64,000 bases of DNA. Origin: the human T2T-CHM13v2.0 reference genome, Homo sapiens. How positions within the stretch are numbered: the first letter of the stretch is position 1; each line of letters begins with the position of its first letter. Under the pieces are notes generated by a model. That model ran no database searches. It was not told the origin of the DNA and was given only the letters and a program-made list of their open reading frames with translations. The translations under genes and the position numbers were made by a program. The DNA lies in the NCBI RefSeq assembly GCF_009914755.1, contig NC_060934.1; one strand, given 5' to 3'. Shown here piece after piece: positions 1-20,780 of this stretch.

Positions 1-464
1 TCAGAGATATTCCACCCACCCACCTCCCCACCCCCTGCCGAGGAACTGCCTCTCTGGCCTCTCTCTGAGGCTCCCTTTTCAGCAGGTGGGGTGCTCACCC
101 CTGAATAGGATACCAGGAGACAAATTTTGTCCAGCACCTCTGATACAGCGCTCTCTTGTGTGTTTTGGTGACAGGTGAATCAGATTTCCATTTAAAACAC
201 CAATGCCAAAAGGGAGAGAGAGAAAAAAACTAACCGGCCTGGATGACTTTGGAGGATGATTCTTTGTTTTAATTCTGACGGCCAGAATGGAAAGTTGGCA
301 ACTCATTCTGAAAGACGAGAGTGCTACAGGCAGCTGTGTAGCTAAGAGATAAAAACCACCAACGGGAGCAGCTCATCTAACCTGAACCGTAGCAGAGAAG
401 GGACAGACAGGCGAGTACTCCATTTGAATCTAGGTCTCAGCCTCCCAGGGTGGGATCACATTGC

Positions 465-570
465 CCAATTGTGACGTCACTCAAGCCATTCCCATGCCCG
501 TGGCCCATTTTTTAAATTACTTCACAATGGGCGCAGAAGCCAAATTTGAAATAAATGACTCCATGACTCA
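465..570. promoter_or_regulatory. Candidate enhancer motifs: CCAAT, full CRE, AP-1
   Basis: CCAAT 465-469, palindromic GTGACGTCAC 471-480 and TGACTCA 564-570 in non-repeat sequence; motif evidence only. Confidence 0.3.
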
Positions 571-784
571 GACTGTTAATCTCTGTTTTGACAACCAACA
601 GCAAGTCATTGGGAACTTTAACTTACATTTGGTAGGGAACATCACAACTTCATGCAAAGGTCTCTTTAACTTATCCTCCCACCCCAAAAAAGTGCCAATT
701 GTGTACAGGCAATAAAGCAGATTCCCTTGTATTTGGAGAAAATAGCTAAGCTTCCTCTTCAGCAGAAAGCCTTGAGGAAGAAGT

Positions 785-945
785 TAAGAATGCAGCCTTT
801 GGAGTCAGGCCTGTGCTTGCACATGAATCCATACCTCACTGCCCTCCTCTGTAGGTGGCAATAATAATATCACTCACTTCCTAGGATTGTTGTGGTGATG
901 CAATGAGATCAAAAGTTTTAGCAAGATGTCCTGTAGCTACACAAC
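785..945 (+). mobile_element. MIR (degenerate)
   Basis: CTTTGGAGTCAGGCCTG...ATAATAATATCACTCACTTCCTAGGATTGTTGTG resembles the MIR core. Confidence 0.55.
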
Positions 946-1154
946 AAATGCAGGCAATTTTCATTTATGCTTGTATTTGTAAACAGAGTATCAGAGTGAA
1001 ACAAAACCAAAAAACAAAAATGAAGAGAAGTCCTTGGTCCTGCTCATTATTGTTTTTATTTCTTATAGATGAGGTGCTTAATAGCTACCTGTCAACAATA
1101 ACGCCCGGCACACCTGGGAGATTTGAGGAAGCATGCAGAACCATTCCACTAAGT

Positions 1155-1649
1155 CTTTTTGTGTTTTTTTTTGTTGTTGTTGTTTTTATTTATTTATTTA
1201 TTTTGAGACAGAGTCTCACTCTGTTGCCCTGGCTAGAGTACAGTGGCATGATCTCAGCTCACTACAACCTCCACCTCCCAGGTTCAGGAGATTCTCCTGC
1301 CTCAGCCTCCTGAGCAGCTGGGATTACAGCTGTGCGCCACCACGCCCGACTAATTTTTGTGTTTTGTTTGTTTGTTTGTTTGTTTGTTTGGGTTTTTTTT
1401 AATTAGAGACGGGGTTTTACCATGTTGGCCAGGCTGGTCTCAAACTCCTGACCTCAAGTGGATCCACTGGCCTCAGCCTCCCGAAGTGCTGGGATTACAG
1501 GCGTGAGCCACCACGCTCAGCCGTTGTTGTTTTTTAGACAGAGTCTTGCTATGTATCCAGGCTGGACTCAAACTCCTGGGATCAAGTGATCCTCCTGCCT
1601 CCGCCTCCCAAGTAGCTGGTACTACAGGCACATGCCACTGCGCCCAGCT
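1155..1649 (-). mobile_element. Alu (AluS-like, internal (GTTT)n) plus adjacent monomeric Alu fragment
   Basis: T-rich tail and antisense Alu body ending at 1522; second short antisense Alu 1523-1649. Confidence 0.9.
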
Positions 1650-2255
1650 TACCAAGTCACTTAACAGGAGTATTGCTCGCTAGAGACAGCACAGCCTAAC
1701 CTCCTCACCGAGGACTGTGGGATCTGCGTGCAGAAGCATTTTCTTTCTCTGATACAAGTTGCTGTGAGAAGCAAAAATTAAACTCCAACTAACACCAGAT
1801 GATGACCTTCAAAATGTTCTCTTGAATGACAGAAAGCTCGCATGACATCATGTCCTTCCCTTCGGTTTATTCCTGTTGTTGTTTTTGACTCCTTATCTGA
1901 TTTCTAAGTTTGCTCCCTCATTCAGCCTTATCTTATCTGAAATGGATCCGTGAAGTAAAAACAATTTCCTGTGGTTTTTACCTTGTTTTTCCTCTAACTA
2001 GAAGTTAAATCACTCATGTTTACCATATGCCTACAACCTGCTGGGGTTCTGAATTCAACACAAGAATTTGAATTTTCACAAAAGCTTTTCGAAGTTTCAG
2101 AAGCTCTTTTGACTCTTATTTCAAATACATCCTGGAAGCTGTGTTGGTTCACCCACAGGACCTGGAATGGCTTTGCCCAGGAGATATGATTGGCCAGCTC
2201 AGCTGCTTCCCCTCTCATTTCTCTTATTTACACTCCTATCTCTCTCTCTCTCTTT

Positions 2256-2540
2256 CTCTTTTTTTTTTTTTTTTTTTTTTAGGCAGGGTCTCACTTTGTC
2301 GCCCAGGCTGGAGTGCAGCGGTGCAGGTTCACTGCAGCCTCGATCTCCCGGACTCAAGAGATCCTCCCGTCTCAACCCCGCAAGTGGCTGGGACTATAGG
2401 CATGCACCACCATGCCTGGCTAATTTTTATACTTCTTGTAGAGAAGGGGTTTCACCACGTTGGCCAGGCTGGTCTCAGTCCTTCTGCCTTGGCCTCCCAA
2501 AGTGCTGTGAAGGTATAGGCGTGAGCCACTGCTTATGGCC
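2256..2540 (-). mobile_element. AluJ-like, preceded by (CT)n
   Basis: Poly-T followed by diverged antisense Alu consensus. Confidence 0.9.
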
Positions 2541-2602
2541 TTATGGGATGTTTTATGTTCTTTTGTGATCTTTCTCTCCTTTTAAAATCCTAACATTCTT
2601 GT

Positions 2603-2843
2603 ACAACTATGTTCATAGCAACATTATTCACAATAGATAAAATGTGGAAGCAACCCAAGTGTCCATCCATGGATGAATGGCTAAGCAAAATGTGACATAT
2701 CCATGCAATGAAATATTACTCAGCCTTGAAAAGAAGGCAATTCTGTCACATGCTACTACATGAATGAAGTTTGAGGACATTATGCTAAGTGAAATAAGCC
2801 AGTCACAAAAAAAAGAATGCCGTATGATTCCATTTGTAAGAGG
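2603..2843 (+). mobile_element. L1M (L1MB-like) ORF2-end/3'UTR fragment
   Basis: ATGTTCATAGCAACATTATTCACAATAG...GGAAGCAACCCAAGTGTCCATC...CATTATGCTAAGTGAAATAAGCCAGTCAC. Confidence 0.85.
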
Positions 2844-2889
2844 GACTCTCATTATTCTCTTACTTCTGTAATCCCTGCAGGACACTGGA

Positions 2890-3350
2890 GGCTCTGGAGT
2901 GGACTTCAGTGTATTTGCTGGCCAACATCCCTTCCCTCTTCTATTACAGCATTTCCTTCCCAATTCCATTTTGTGGGTGGAGCAAGGGGAAGGGCTGTCA
3001 CTCACAACATTCTACCTCCAGGCCATAGCGATTGGCCCAGGGATAGGCATGTGACCAAGCCAGGCAAATTGGAGTGTTCTCCAACTTGTGGAGACATTTG
3101 GAGGTCTCCAATGTTACATTTGCATGCTAGGAAGGATAGAGAGACTCCCTTGTTCTTGGATCTTAAGCTCTCAGATTGCTAATCCTTAGTCATGTTCCTT
3201 GGAGGAGGCTTGGCTGCTGCAGCATAAAGTGAAACGAGTCCACAGACAGAAGCAAAACTAAGTGATGAAGTTAATGTGTGTTAATAAATTTCTGGTTGAA
3301 GTGGTTTGATTCAGGTGTCTGCCACTTGCAACTAAAAAAGTCCTGATTAA
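2890..3350 (+). mobile_element. Old MaLR LTR (MLT1-type)
   Basis: GATTGGCCCAGGGATAGGCATGTGACCAAGC and terminal CACTTGCAACTAAAAAAGTCCTGATTAA are typical of old MLT1 LTRs. Confidence 0.6.
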
Positions 3351-3361
3351 GAAATAACCTC

Positions 3362-3700
<339 letters not shown>

Positions 3701-3903
3701 CTACTGCCTTCCATTCATATTTTAACGAGGTGTACTACATTCACTTTATAAAAAAATCTTTACTTAAAAATAATTATAAATTCATAGGAAGTTGTAAAGA
3801 TAGTACAGAGAAGTCTGTGTAGCCTTCACCCAATTTCCTTCAATAACTACATCTTTTGTAACTATAGTACAATATCAAAAACAGGAAATTAACATTGGGA
3901 CAA

Positions 3904-3937
3904 TGTGTGTGTGTGCATGTGTGTGTATGTGTGTGTG
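3904..3937. repeat. Imperfect (TG)n microsatellite
   Basis: Seen directly. Confidence 0.9.
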
Positions 3938-5041
3938 GTTCTCTGTTGTTTTACCACATCAGATTCATGTAACTAGCATTGCAATCAAAACAAAGGACTT
4001 TTCCATTACTACAAAAATGTCACTTGTACTACTCATTATCATAGTCTTCTAGTGTCAACATTTTACTAGTTTGAATGAAGTGTACAAACCTTACCTCCCT
4101 TTACATTCCTTTAACCTCCCCATTATTGGATAATTGTCTTAATTATTTCCTCTTCATGCATTGGAACCACATCTGACATTGTTATAATTTTCACTTTAAC
4201 TATCAAACACAATTTAGAAAACTCCAGAAGAGAAGGAAAGTCTATTGTATTTACTCCTATTTTCACTTTTGTTGTTATTATTTTCTTTTCTGATATTCCA
4301 ATATTTTTTCTTTTATTACTTCTTTTCTCTTAAGAGAACTTTCTTTAGCCATTCTTTCAAAGCAGGTCTACTAGTGACAAATTCTCTTAGTTTTGTTTCA
4401 TATGAGGATGTCTTGATTTCCCTTTCATTTCTGAAGATGATATTAACTGGATATAGAATTCTGGGTTGACAATTCTTTTCTTTCGGAACTTGAAAAATGC
4501 TGTGCCAATTCCTTCTGGCCTCATGGTTTCTGATGAGAAATCTGCTGCCACTGGAATTGTTTTTCCCTTATACATAAGGTGTATTTCTCTCATGTTGCTT
4601 TAAAATATTTTCGTTTTTCTTTAGTTTTCAGAATTTGACTGTGACGTGTCCTGGTATGGATTCTTTGGCTTTATCCTGTTTGAGATTCTCTAGGTTTCCT
4701 GAACCTTTAGGTTTATGTATCTTGCCTAATTTGGGGAAATTTCAGCCATTATTTCTTCAAATACTTTTCTAGTACTTCCTGTCCCCTTTCTCCTCTCCTG
4801 GGACTTTGATGACACAAATATTTTGATAATTTTCTACAGGTCTCTAATGATCTCTTCTTTTCTTTTTCCAGCCTATTTTCTCTGTTTTGCTATTGAACCC
4901 ATCCATTGAGTTTTTCACTTGGTTATTGTATTTTCAGTTCAAAATTTTTGACTTGAGTTTTTTTTATAGCTTTTATTTCTTTGGTCAGATTTATATTTTT
5001 TTCCATTTGGTTCAAGTATGTTCATAATTGATCACTGAAGC

Positions 5042-5676
<635 letters not shown>

Positions 5677-7366
5677 TAATGGCTATTTTAAAATCCTTGT
5701 CAGATAATTCTAACATCTGTGCCATCTTGGTGTTGGTGTATCCTGGTTATCTTTTCTCATTCCAGTTGATATTTTCCTGGTTCTTGGTATGATGAGTGAT
5801 TTTCTGTTGAAACATAGACATTTGGGGTATTATGTTAGACATTGTGTCTCTTATTTAAATCTTCTGTTGAACAGACCTCCTCTCACATTGCTCTACTCAT
5901 TACTGCTAGGTAGGTGTTGACCCCAGGATACCCATTCTGCCTTCACTGATGCCTGGGACACCTCCTTGTTTTTGATAAGTAGGGGTGGAAGCTCAGCCCC
6001 CCTACTAGGCCTCCACTGATTATCCTAGATGGGGGGCACAGGGGTGCCTTGTTACTGCTCCCCACATGGCCCCTACTGAGGCCATGGGAGGTCACTTCCT
6101 TACCCTGGGCAGGGATGAAAGTCTTGACTCTCCACTAGGCTTCCTCTGACACAGCCCCAGTGGTGTCTGTCTCATCACTGCAAGCTTTTGGCAACAGTAG
6201 CATTCTGAACCCTCCAGTCAGCCTTTGCCGGTGGGAGTGAGAGTGGAGCCACAGCTTTATCTGTGATGTTTGGCTGGAGTAGAGTGGTTGTTTATCTAAA
6301 AGATTTCCTTCTTGCCAGGCTACCCCTTTTCTCTTCCTTTGGCTAGAAAGAGCAGATTTTTCTTGAGTTTTGTTTTGTTTCTGATTTTTGTTCCTATTGG
6401 TGTTTCTGTGTTACCAGCTTCTCTGGCATCCAGAATGGGGAATATGAGTCAGAAAGAAAACCCAGGAAACTCACTATTGTTGTTCTTCAGGTTCTGAGGT
6501 CCCTCGTCAGGCTAATTTCTTCCCTCCACCTTTCAGAGTCTTTGTGTGTTTTATATGTGAGGTCCAGGGTTTTAGTTGCACTTGGTGAGATGAATAGGGA
6601 AAAGTGCATCTGCTCCTTTTTTTTCTGGAAGTCAACATCTTGCATTTGTTTTTGAAACTATATTAACTCCTTCTGGAACATGCAAGGATATACATAAATA
6701 AATGGTGGCAGATGTCTTTCAAGTTCCAACTCAAATCTCATCTTCTCCATGGAGGCTTCCCTTAGGGTCTTCTTCTGGTTGATTACTGAACTCTATTTCT
6801 ACTTCCATCGTCATAGTGATCTTATTATGTTTGTGCCCATCTCTGTATGCCTTCACGGAACACAGACTACACTCAGATTTGCTGGTGTATTTGTTATATG
6901 AGTGCATCCAAAGGAAGGATGCAGTAGTAAACTTTCGTAACAAGTGACAAGCTAGAATTCAATCACAAGCTGTGCTGTCTTAGGGATTCTCATTTGTATA
7001 CAAACTTTTCCATGTATCTCTGCTAAATTTTATTGCTATGACTTTTAGACATCTTCAATCATATAATTCAAACTTATCCTTAGATCTGGCCAAACAGGTT
7101 ATACATTAAGTCTTCAGTAAATATTAGTGTAATGTATGCTGGCTGGGGGAAAATCTCTTTCCCGATGTCCAAACAAATCCCCAAAGCTCACAGGATGGAA
7201 AGCTCCGGAGGCTATGCTCTTTAATCTTTGTACCACTAGCTTCCAGCACTCTATAGGATGCATGAAAGGTAAAAGAATTCTCACCTGTTAGTTTTAATTT
7301 TCTCTGTGAAGTAAGAGGCAAGGTCATTTACTGAGAGAGAAGGCAAATGGAACAGACATCTTGAAA

Positions 7367-7988
<622 letters not shown>

Positions 7989-8218
7989 TAGAGAAAGGTG
8001 ATGGCTTAGATTTTACCCAATGTAAAAAAAAAAAAGATTAATTTGTGTAGAATTGGAGGAATGAGGGAGAAAGGGTTGTCTGGGACCATTTAAGCTTTGA
8101 AGGAGTTTATTCCTGAAAAAAGAAAAGTGAACAATACTCAAGAACAAAGAAGAAATATAAAAATAATTTATTCTCATTACTACGCCGTATAATCTTACAA
8201 TAGAAAATTTAGAATACT

Positions 8219-8884
<666 letters not shown>

Positions 8885-9110
8885 TTAAGCATGAAAGTAT
8901 AAGCTACCTTATATAATGTCTTCTCCCCCTAGATAATCGCTGTTAACATTTTGGTATACACAATATACTTATAGTCTTTTTAAAAGCAGAAATATACTTT
9001 TTAAATGGTATCACGGTATTCATATCATTTTGTTGACTACATTTTGTGTTTTTATAAATCGTGAATAATTTTTCATGTCATAATTGTCTTTCCTACAACA
9101 GCATGTTTAA

Positions 9111-9463
<353 letters not shown>

Positions 9464-9764
9464 TAATTTCTCCTATTTATTGAACATAATGGTTTTATAG
9501 CTTTTCAGTATTATAAACAGCACTAGCATGACCCTCTTTGTCACTACGACTTAGAGCACAATCATGATAAATTCTAGAAGTAGAATTCGTAAATCAAAAT
9601 TTAGGCAAAAGTCTAAGACCTTTGAAATGTAATGCAAAATGCTTGTTGAATAGCTTGATATTACTGTGACTTTTATATTAGCCAACTTAAATGACCACTA
9701 GCAGTTTGTGAGAGTGAAGAAAGCATTTCTGTTAAGGGAGATATGAGCATTTCTTCTATGCTGA

Positions 9765-10097
<333 letters not shown>

Positions 10098-10509
10098 CTA
10101 AGTTGGAATTATAGGAGAGGGCCGGTCACAGCCTTGAGGAGATGGGAAGAGGTGAATGTGGAACATGAGAATATGGAGATGAAGGGACGCTTCTGAGATG
10201 GGAAGGAAAAGAACATATGGATTTGTAGTGAACCTGCAGGTATGGGGAGGTGGGACGTGAATGAAGTTCCCCGACACACTCAAGTTTCTCTGTGAAGTAA
10301 AAGGCAGACTCAGTTGTTGAGCAAGAAGAAGGCAGGAATGAGATATGGCCTTGAATAGGGTGGAAAAGTTTTGGAACAGCCAATGAGCAACGCAGGTGAG
10401 GGAGCCTGACCAAATACCTGAGAGGATTGCCGGGATGTTCTATGCACACATCCCAGGGCGGCGATCATGAGTTTATAGTGTTACCCATCTAGAGAGTTGT
10501 TCTTCAACC

Positions 10510-11427
<918 letters not shown>

Positions 11428-12275
11428 TATATTGTCGATTGAATAAAATGAGTTAATAGTTAGAAACATGATGGAATTTATTTGTGATAGAAAAACAAGG
11501 AAACAGCAAGGATGGTTGGGGAGAAAATGCAAAGCATCATGGAATAAGAGGATGGGAGGAGAGGGAAGAGCTGGGAACTTGCATTTAAAGCAGCGCGGCA
11601 GGAATCTGGAGACCAGCGTTTGACTGCTCTCAGGATTCCGGGGCAGTGGAGGTGGGATGCCCCAGTGCTGCGAGTGGTCTGGACACACTGGGCAACAGCT
11701 GCCTGGTACTTAGATGAGGAGTGACTGAGGAGGGGAATATTCACATACTGGGACAGATGATGGACGGAGTGGGTCCCTGTGATATGCCTCAAAAAATGCC
11801 ACAGAAGGGCCTTGTCTTCCTGCACATATCCTAGGCAGAAAGGTGTGCCCTATTGAAAGGTGATGAAGGGCAAGCTGCCCTAACAATTCCACCTGATACC
11901 ATCGAGGAGCTTCCATCTGAGAGCCAGGAATAAGTGCAATAGAACATTCTGAGCTGGCTGAGCTAGGCCACAGCTGGCTCTATGTCAGCCCATTTATGTG
12001 CACAAAAACTTTTGTTCTGTAACCAGGAGAGGAAGGAGGAGTTTTGAGTAAGCCCATGGGAGGGTAGAGAGTAGAGGGGAAGAAAGAGTCAGGCATTGCA
12101 ATCATTCCCTTTGTGGGCCCTTGGACTGGGCTCAGAGGGCTAGAAATAGATGCAATTGATTCTTGTGAGATTCATGGCAACGGGTGATGGCCAGAAGATG
12201 ATGAAACAGGACTTGAGGGCTCTGTAGGATGCTAGGCAGAGTAGAGCTGTTTTGAAACTCAAAGAAAGAGGGGTG

Positions 12276-12562
12276 GGCTAGGCACAGCGCCTCATGCCTG
12301 TAATCCCAGTACTTTGGGAGGCCGAGACAGGAGGATCACTTGAAGCCAGGAATTCAAGACCAACCTGTGCAGCATACGAGACCCTGTCTCTACAAAAAAT
12401 TAAAAAATTAGCAGGGCATGGTGGCACACACCTGTAGGCCTAGCTACTTGGGAGGCTGAGGCAGAGGACAGCTTGAGCCCAGGAGTTGGAGGCTGTAGTG
12501 AGCCATGATCACGCCACTGCACTCCAGCGTGGGCAACAGAGAAAGACCTTGTCTCAAAAAAA
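12276..12562 (+). mobile_element. AluJ-like
   Basis: Alu consensus with J-type features (AGACCCTGTCTCTACAAAAAATT). Confidence 0.9.
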
Positions 12563-13279
12563 AGGGGGTTAACTGAAGACGCCCAAGTTCCCCGGGCTTG
12601 GTGATGGTGGGCAGGGAGTGGCCAACCTTCCCACCCAACTCACTCTGGTCTCTGTCTGCCTCTCTGCAGACAGTCCAACCTGCATGGGCTCCCTCCGAAT
12701 GTTTCGGAGACTCTGTGAGGGGCCCGCACATGCTGCACGCATTCCTTCTGGCTATTGCTCCTCTTTGCTGCTCCTCTGTTGCCACTCCTTGCCAGCTGGT
12801 GACAGTAATGTGACTGTGCTCTCAAGCACTGGATGGGCCTGGCTCCAAAGTGTTGCTAACTCCAAGCTGTTCTGAGGACTCAACTTTATTGATATCTTGA
12901 GACTAAAAGGGATTACAATGCGGAAAACAAAAACTCAAAATTCAGTGTTGATATCACTGCTAGGAAGTCCCCAGCTTAGCCCCCGGCCTCCCTGGCGTCG
13001 AGGGATCACTCTTTCCAGAGTATAAGCCCCCTGCTAGAGCATGGGCCCCCGCTCCATACCTGCAAGGCTGCCTCCTTTTCCACCATAGGTCAATCAAAGG
13101 TGGGAAATAACCCTTCCTTTCTACAGATTGTCATATGGTTCTGTATGGCCCAGGTGAGGCGGTTGTAAGACCTGAGAGTATATTTCTCCTGGTCTGAGTT
13201 GTTATTCTTAAGTGACATCATGTGTGGGATTTCAGCAGCTCTGGACTTATGATCTCCCAGAAGCAAATACCTGAGCAAA

Positions 13280-13345
13280 ACACACACACACACACATGCA
13301 CATACATACACACATACACACACATATACACACGCACATATACAC
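13280..13345. repeat. (CA)n-rich microsatellite
   Basis: Seen directly. Confidence 0.9.
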
Positions 13346-13433
13346 TATCCCCACCACCACCACCGACACACAGACCCCTTTCCCTAAAAATTCCAATAAT
13401 TTTCAGGGACATTCCAATCAAAATACATACTTT

Positions 13434-13719
13434 AGTCCAGGCGTGGTGGCTCACACCTGTAATCCCAGCACCTTGGGAGGCCGAGGCTGGCAGATCACTT
13501 GAGCTCAGGAGTTCGAGACCAGCCTGGCCAACATGATGAAACCCTGTCTCTACTAAAAATACAAAAAAATTAGCTGGGCATGGTGGCTCACGCCTGTAGT
13601 CCCAACTACTCAGGAGGCTGAGGCAGAAGAATCGCTCAACCTGGGTGGCAGAGGTTGCAGTGAGCCCAGATCGTGCCACTGCACTCCATCCTGAGTGACA
13701 AAGTGAGACAAACAAAAAA
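13434..13719 (+). mobile_element. AluS
   Basis: Alu consensus. Confidence 0.93.
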
Positions 13720-14178
13720 CAACATACATACCTTAAAAAATATATCTGCAAAATTACAGAGCTGCTAAAAATATATCCAGCTTACATAATGGAAAAATAA
13801 TTTTAGCATCTCAGTCTGAAGCATCTTGATTTGATTTCCTTCCCTGGGTCAAGCCTTCCACAATGGGACAAAAATGGTTCCTCAGTGAGAATGAAGGACA
13901 GTGTGCCCCAATCCCAGAAAGAGCTTCTACCCTAGGATGCAAAACCCAGCTCTCACCTCTCCTACAGCAGCTTTCCAGCCTCCGCAAAGGTGAGATACAC
14001 ACTTTATCTCCAGCCATAGGAAGAACTCCTGACAGTTCTAAAATAACAGTTTGTGCCATTAAAAGTGTGGTCCAGGATAGAAGAGTTGAAGGGTGGGCAT
14101 TTGCCTCACCTCTCCATAAAAGCCAAGTCAAATCTAATGCCCCCCAGGACTGGAAATTTGGTGAAACCCAAAGGCAGC

Positions 14179-14354
14179 CTGGAACGACTCATGTCCTTCT
14201 TGTGGGGGCAGGGGTCGTGGCGAGGCTTCTCCCTGAAATGGTGTGAGCAGCAGCTGTGGATGACTGGAACGACTGGAACGACTCATGGCCTTCTTGGGAG
14301 GGCAGAAGTCATGGTGAGGCTTCTCCCAGAAATGGTGTGGGCAGCAGCTGTGGA
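14179..14354. repeat. Two-copy ~82-bp tandem duplication
   Basis: Copies 14179-14260 and 14273-14354 (CTGGAACGACTCATG...GCAGCAGCTGTGGA), with an extra CTGGAACGA at 14264-14272. Confidence 0.9.
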
Positions 14355-14706
14355 CCTAAAGGAAGGGAAGGAGACAGCAAATGCTTTGTGGCAACTGCAG
14401 CTAAGAGGGTGTGGGCACATGGGAAGCACTATGGTCCCTAGAAATCCTGCAGTGGGGCTGGGAGAATCTGAGGCAAAGTTATTTCTTATGCTCAAGCCAG
14501 TGGACAGTTGTGACGTTGGACGCTGAGCATCAAAATAAAGTGCAACCTCCCCTGTGGTCACAGGTGGAGGGATGTCGGACATTCAGGTTACGTAAAAATG
14601 ATACAAGGCTCAGTCCTCAGAGGAACGTTTCATGTCAGGTAGAGTCCATGTCTTATCAAGAATACACTTCTTTCATTTTCCTCTGGTAAATATTTAAACA
14701 CCATTC

Positions 14707-16221
<1,515 letters not shown>

Positions 16222-16484
16222 GATGACATTTATGGACTGCTTCAACTGTGCTTCCCTGTGCTCTGGAATCCAACTGGGTCTAGTGCGTGGTACACTCTGG
16301 CAGCAAATGAGAGAGTGGGAGGAGAGGGAGGCTGGGATATTAATTCCCCCTTGGCCATTTCCCTGCCAGGCTGCAGTTTAGCAGTGGTTGAGTCCTCTTC
16401 TACGCTGCTCCCTCCAGGTTCCTCTAGCCCTCCCTTTCCCCAACCCTTCAAGCCTAGTGGTGCCCAATGCCCAAGGTGCGCCCA

Positions 16485-16893
<409 letters not shown>

Positions 16894-16924
16894 AGAACAG
16901 ATGCCAAGTCAGCTGTCTCAGAAA

Positions 16925-16996
16925 GGGTCTGAAATTCTGCATGTCTAACAAGATCTCTGGGTGATTCACATGCACATTAAACTTTGAGAAGCACTG
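16925..16996. mobile_element. MER5 fragment
   Basis: TCTGCATGTCTAACAAG...GGTGATTC...TTTGAGAAGCACTG terminus. Confidence 0.6.
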
Positions 16997-17146
16997 TCCT
17001 CATCAATTCCTTCACTTAACAGACTTAAAAAGGGAAATCCAGAGACATAAAGCAACTAGCCTGAGAATACACAGGACCAGAACCAAGTCCTCCAAGTCTA
17101 ATGGTTTTGGCATGGCCTACCATGAAGTCCCAGGCTGGAGACCTGA

Positions 17147-17566
<420 letters not shown>

Positions 17567-17912
17567 TAACCCCTGGATATATGAGAGCTAAAGAAAGAGG
17601 GAATTTCCTGAGGCCTCACAGGAACAGGTGCAAAGAGCAGCTGCTGGGAGAGGTCTCCACTGGGAGCTTTTGTGGAGGGAGGGAGGACAGGTCAGATGGT
17701 GTCAGCTCTTCCAGAGCCTGAGTCCCAGAGTATGTTCTGCAACACTTGGATCATTAGAAATGTGCTAACATTGTCACATCACTGAAACCAATCTTTGGGC
17801 AGGAAAAGACAAGCTCCTGTCCTCTGATTCACAAATTTCCCAAGACTTTCATTTCCTATTAAACATTTAGAGCCTCTTAGCAGATGGGGTAGACTGTGTA
17901 TAAGAATGATCA

Positions 17913-18402
<490 letters not shown>

Positions 18403-18409
18403 CATGTTT

Positions 18410-18846
18410 TTGAGTAGTCACCTCTCATACTGACTCCAGGTATGGCCACATGGCTTGTCTTGGTCAGTGGGACAAAAACAAACATGCCACAAGCAGAGAT
18501 GCACACTTGGGCTTGCCTCTCTTGCTGTGCTTTGGAACCTTGGGAGCACAATGTGGAAAGGCTGGGGCCGGCCTACAGGAGGATGACAGCCCCCATGGAG
18601 CAGAGACAAGACACCCCAGCTGAGACCCTCCTGCCCCCAGGCCAACCAGCCTGCTAATCCCCAGACTTCACGTTTTGACCAATTGCCAGCTGACCAAAAA
18701 CACACACGGGCACCCAGCAGAGATCAGCAGAGCCAGCCCAGAGCTTAATGACACCACCTGGCTGACCCTCAGCTGAGTCAAATGATTACTGGTTTAGGCC
18801 ACTAACTTTTGGTGTGGTTTATGATACAACCGGAGCTAACAGATCC
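18410..18846 (+). mobile_element. MaLR LTR (MLT1G/H-like)
   Basis: GGCCACATGGCTTGTCTTGGTCAGTGGGAC...TTTAGGCCACTAACTTTTGGTGTGGTTT...GCTAACAGA. Confidence 0.7.
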
Positions 18847-19016
18847 AAACACAACAGGTTAGCCTGAAATATTATAAACTGCTTGTCAGCCAGGCACGTC
18901 TTGCAGCACTGTTTTGTTGGCAGAATAATAGAAATAGAGAACATGCAAGTTGTGCCCTGCCGTAGGATATCATGCAGCCATTGGAAGGAACCATTAAATC
19001 TGCACCCATTCATTTA

Positions 19017-19881
<865 letters not shown>

Positions 19882-19986
19882 AGTCCCACGAAATGTATGA
19901 TCCTGCTTATGCAAATGTATTCATATGCATTCATGCCTAAACATTTCCTGAAATGACAGTATCTAAACTGTTAGGATTTCAGTGAC

Positions 19987-20177
19987 TCTTTTCTTTTTTT
20001 CTTTTTTTTTTTTTTTTTTTTTTGACAGGGCCTTGCTCTGTCACCCAGACTGGAGTGCACTGGCGTGATCTTAGCTCACTGCAGCCTCGAAACCCTGGGA
20101 GGGTTCGAGGGCGCAAGCAATCCTCCTGCCTCAGCCTCCTGAGTAGATAGGACTACACATGTGAGCCACCGTGCCCT
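19987..20177 (-). mobile_element. Alu right-arm/monomer fragment
   Basis: Poly-T plus antisense Alu arm. Confidence 0.85.
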
Positions 20178-20195
20178 GTTTTCTTTACACTTTTA

Positions 20196-20502
<307 letters not shown>

Positions 20503-20624
20503 GAATTGTTCAAATGTTATATTGAGTATATGGTATTTAATAAATTTGCTAATTTATAAAGCTATTTTCCTGTTGAAAAAAAAAGTGCTCCACACCTAGA
20601 GGGTGCTACATCAGGGCCAATGTG

Positions 20625-20780
20625 CAATAGAATCACCAGTGGTTCTTAAAAATCTGAATTCCTGTGTTTCACTCCGGGTGTCCTGAATGAGAACCTCTGG
20701 GCATGGGGACCCGGAGTCTACATTACAAATCAGCACCTGGGGCAATTCTAACTGGCACTGAAAGTATGAGAGGCACTGCC
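20625..20780. mobile_element. MER5B-like DNA transposon remnant
   Basis: TAGAATCACC...TGAATGAGAACCTCTGG...AAAGTATGAGAGGCACTG. Confidence 0.55.

Noticed and set aside
13811-14689. Overlapping non-repeat ORFs up to 157 aa
   Set aside because: No recognisable protein similarity or supportable exon structure; partly produced by the tandem duplication
20593-20608. CTCF-like CACCTAGAGGGTGCTA
   Set aside because: Several mismatches at core positions; too weak without data
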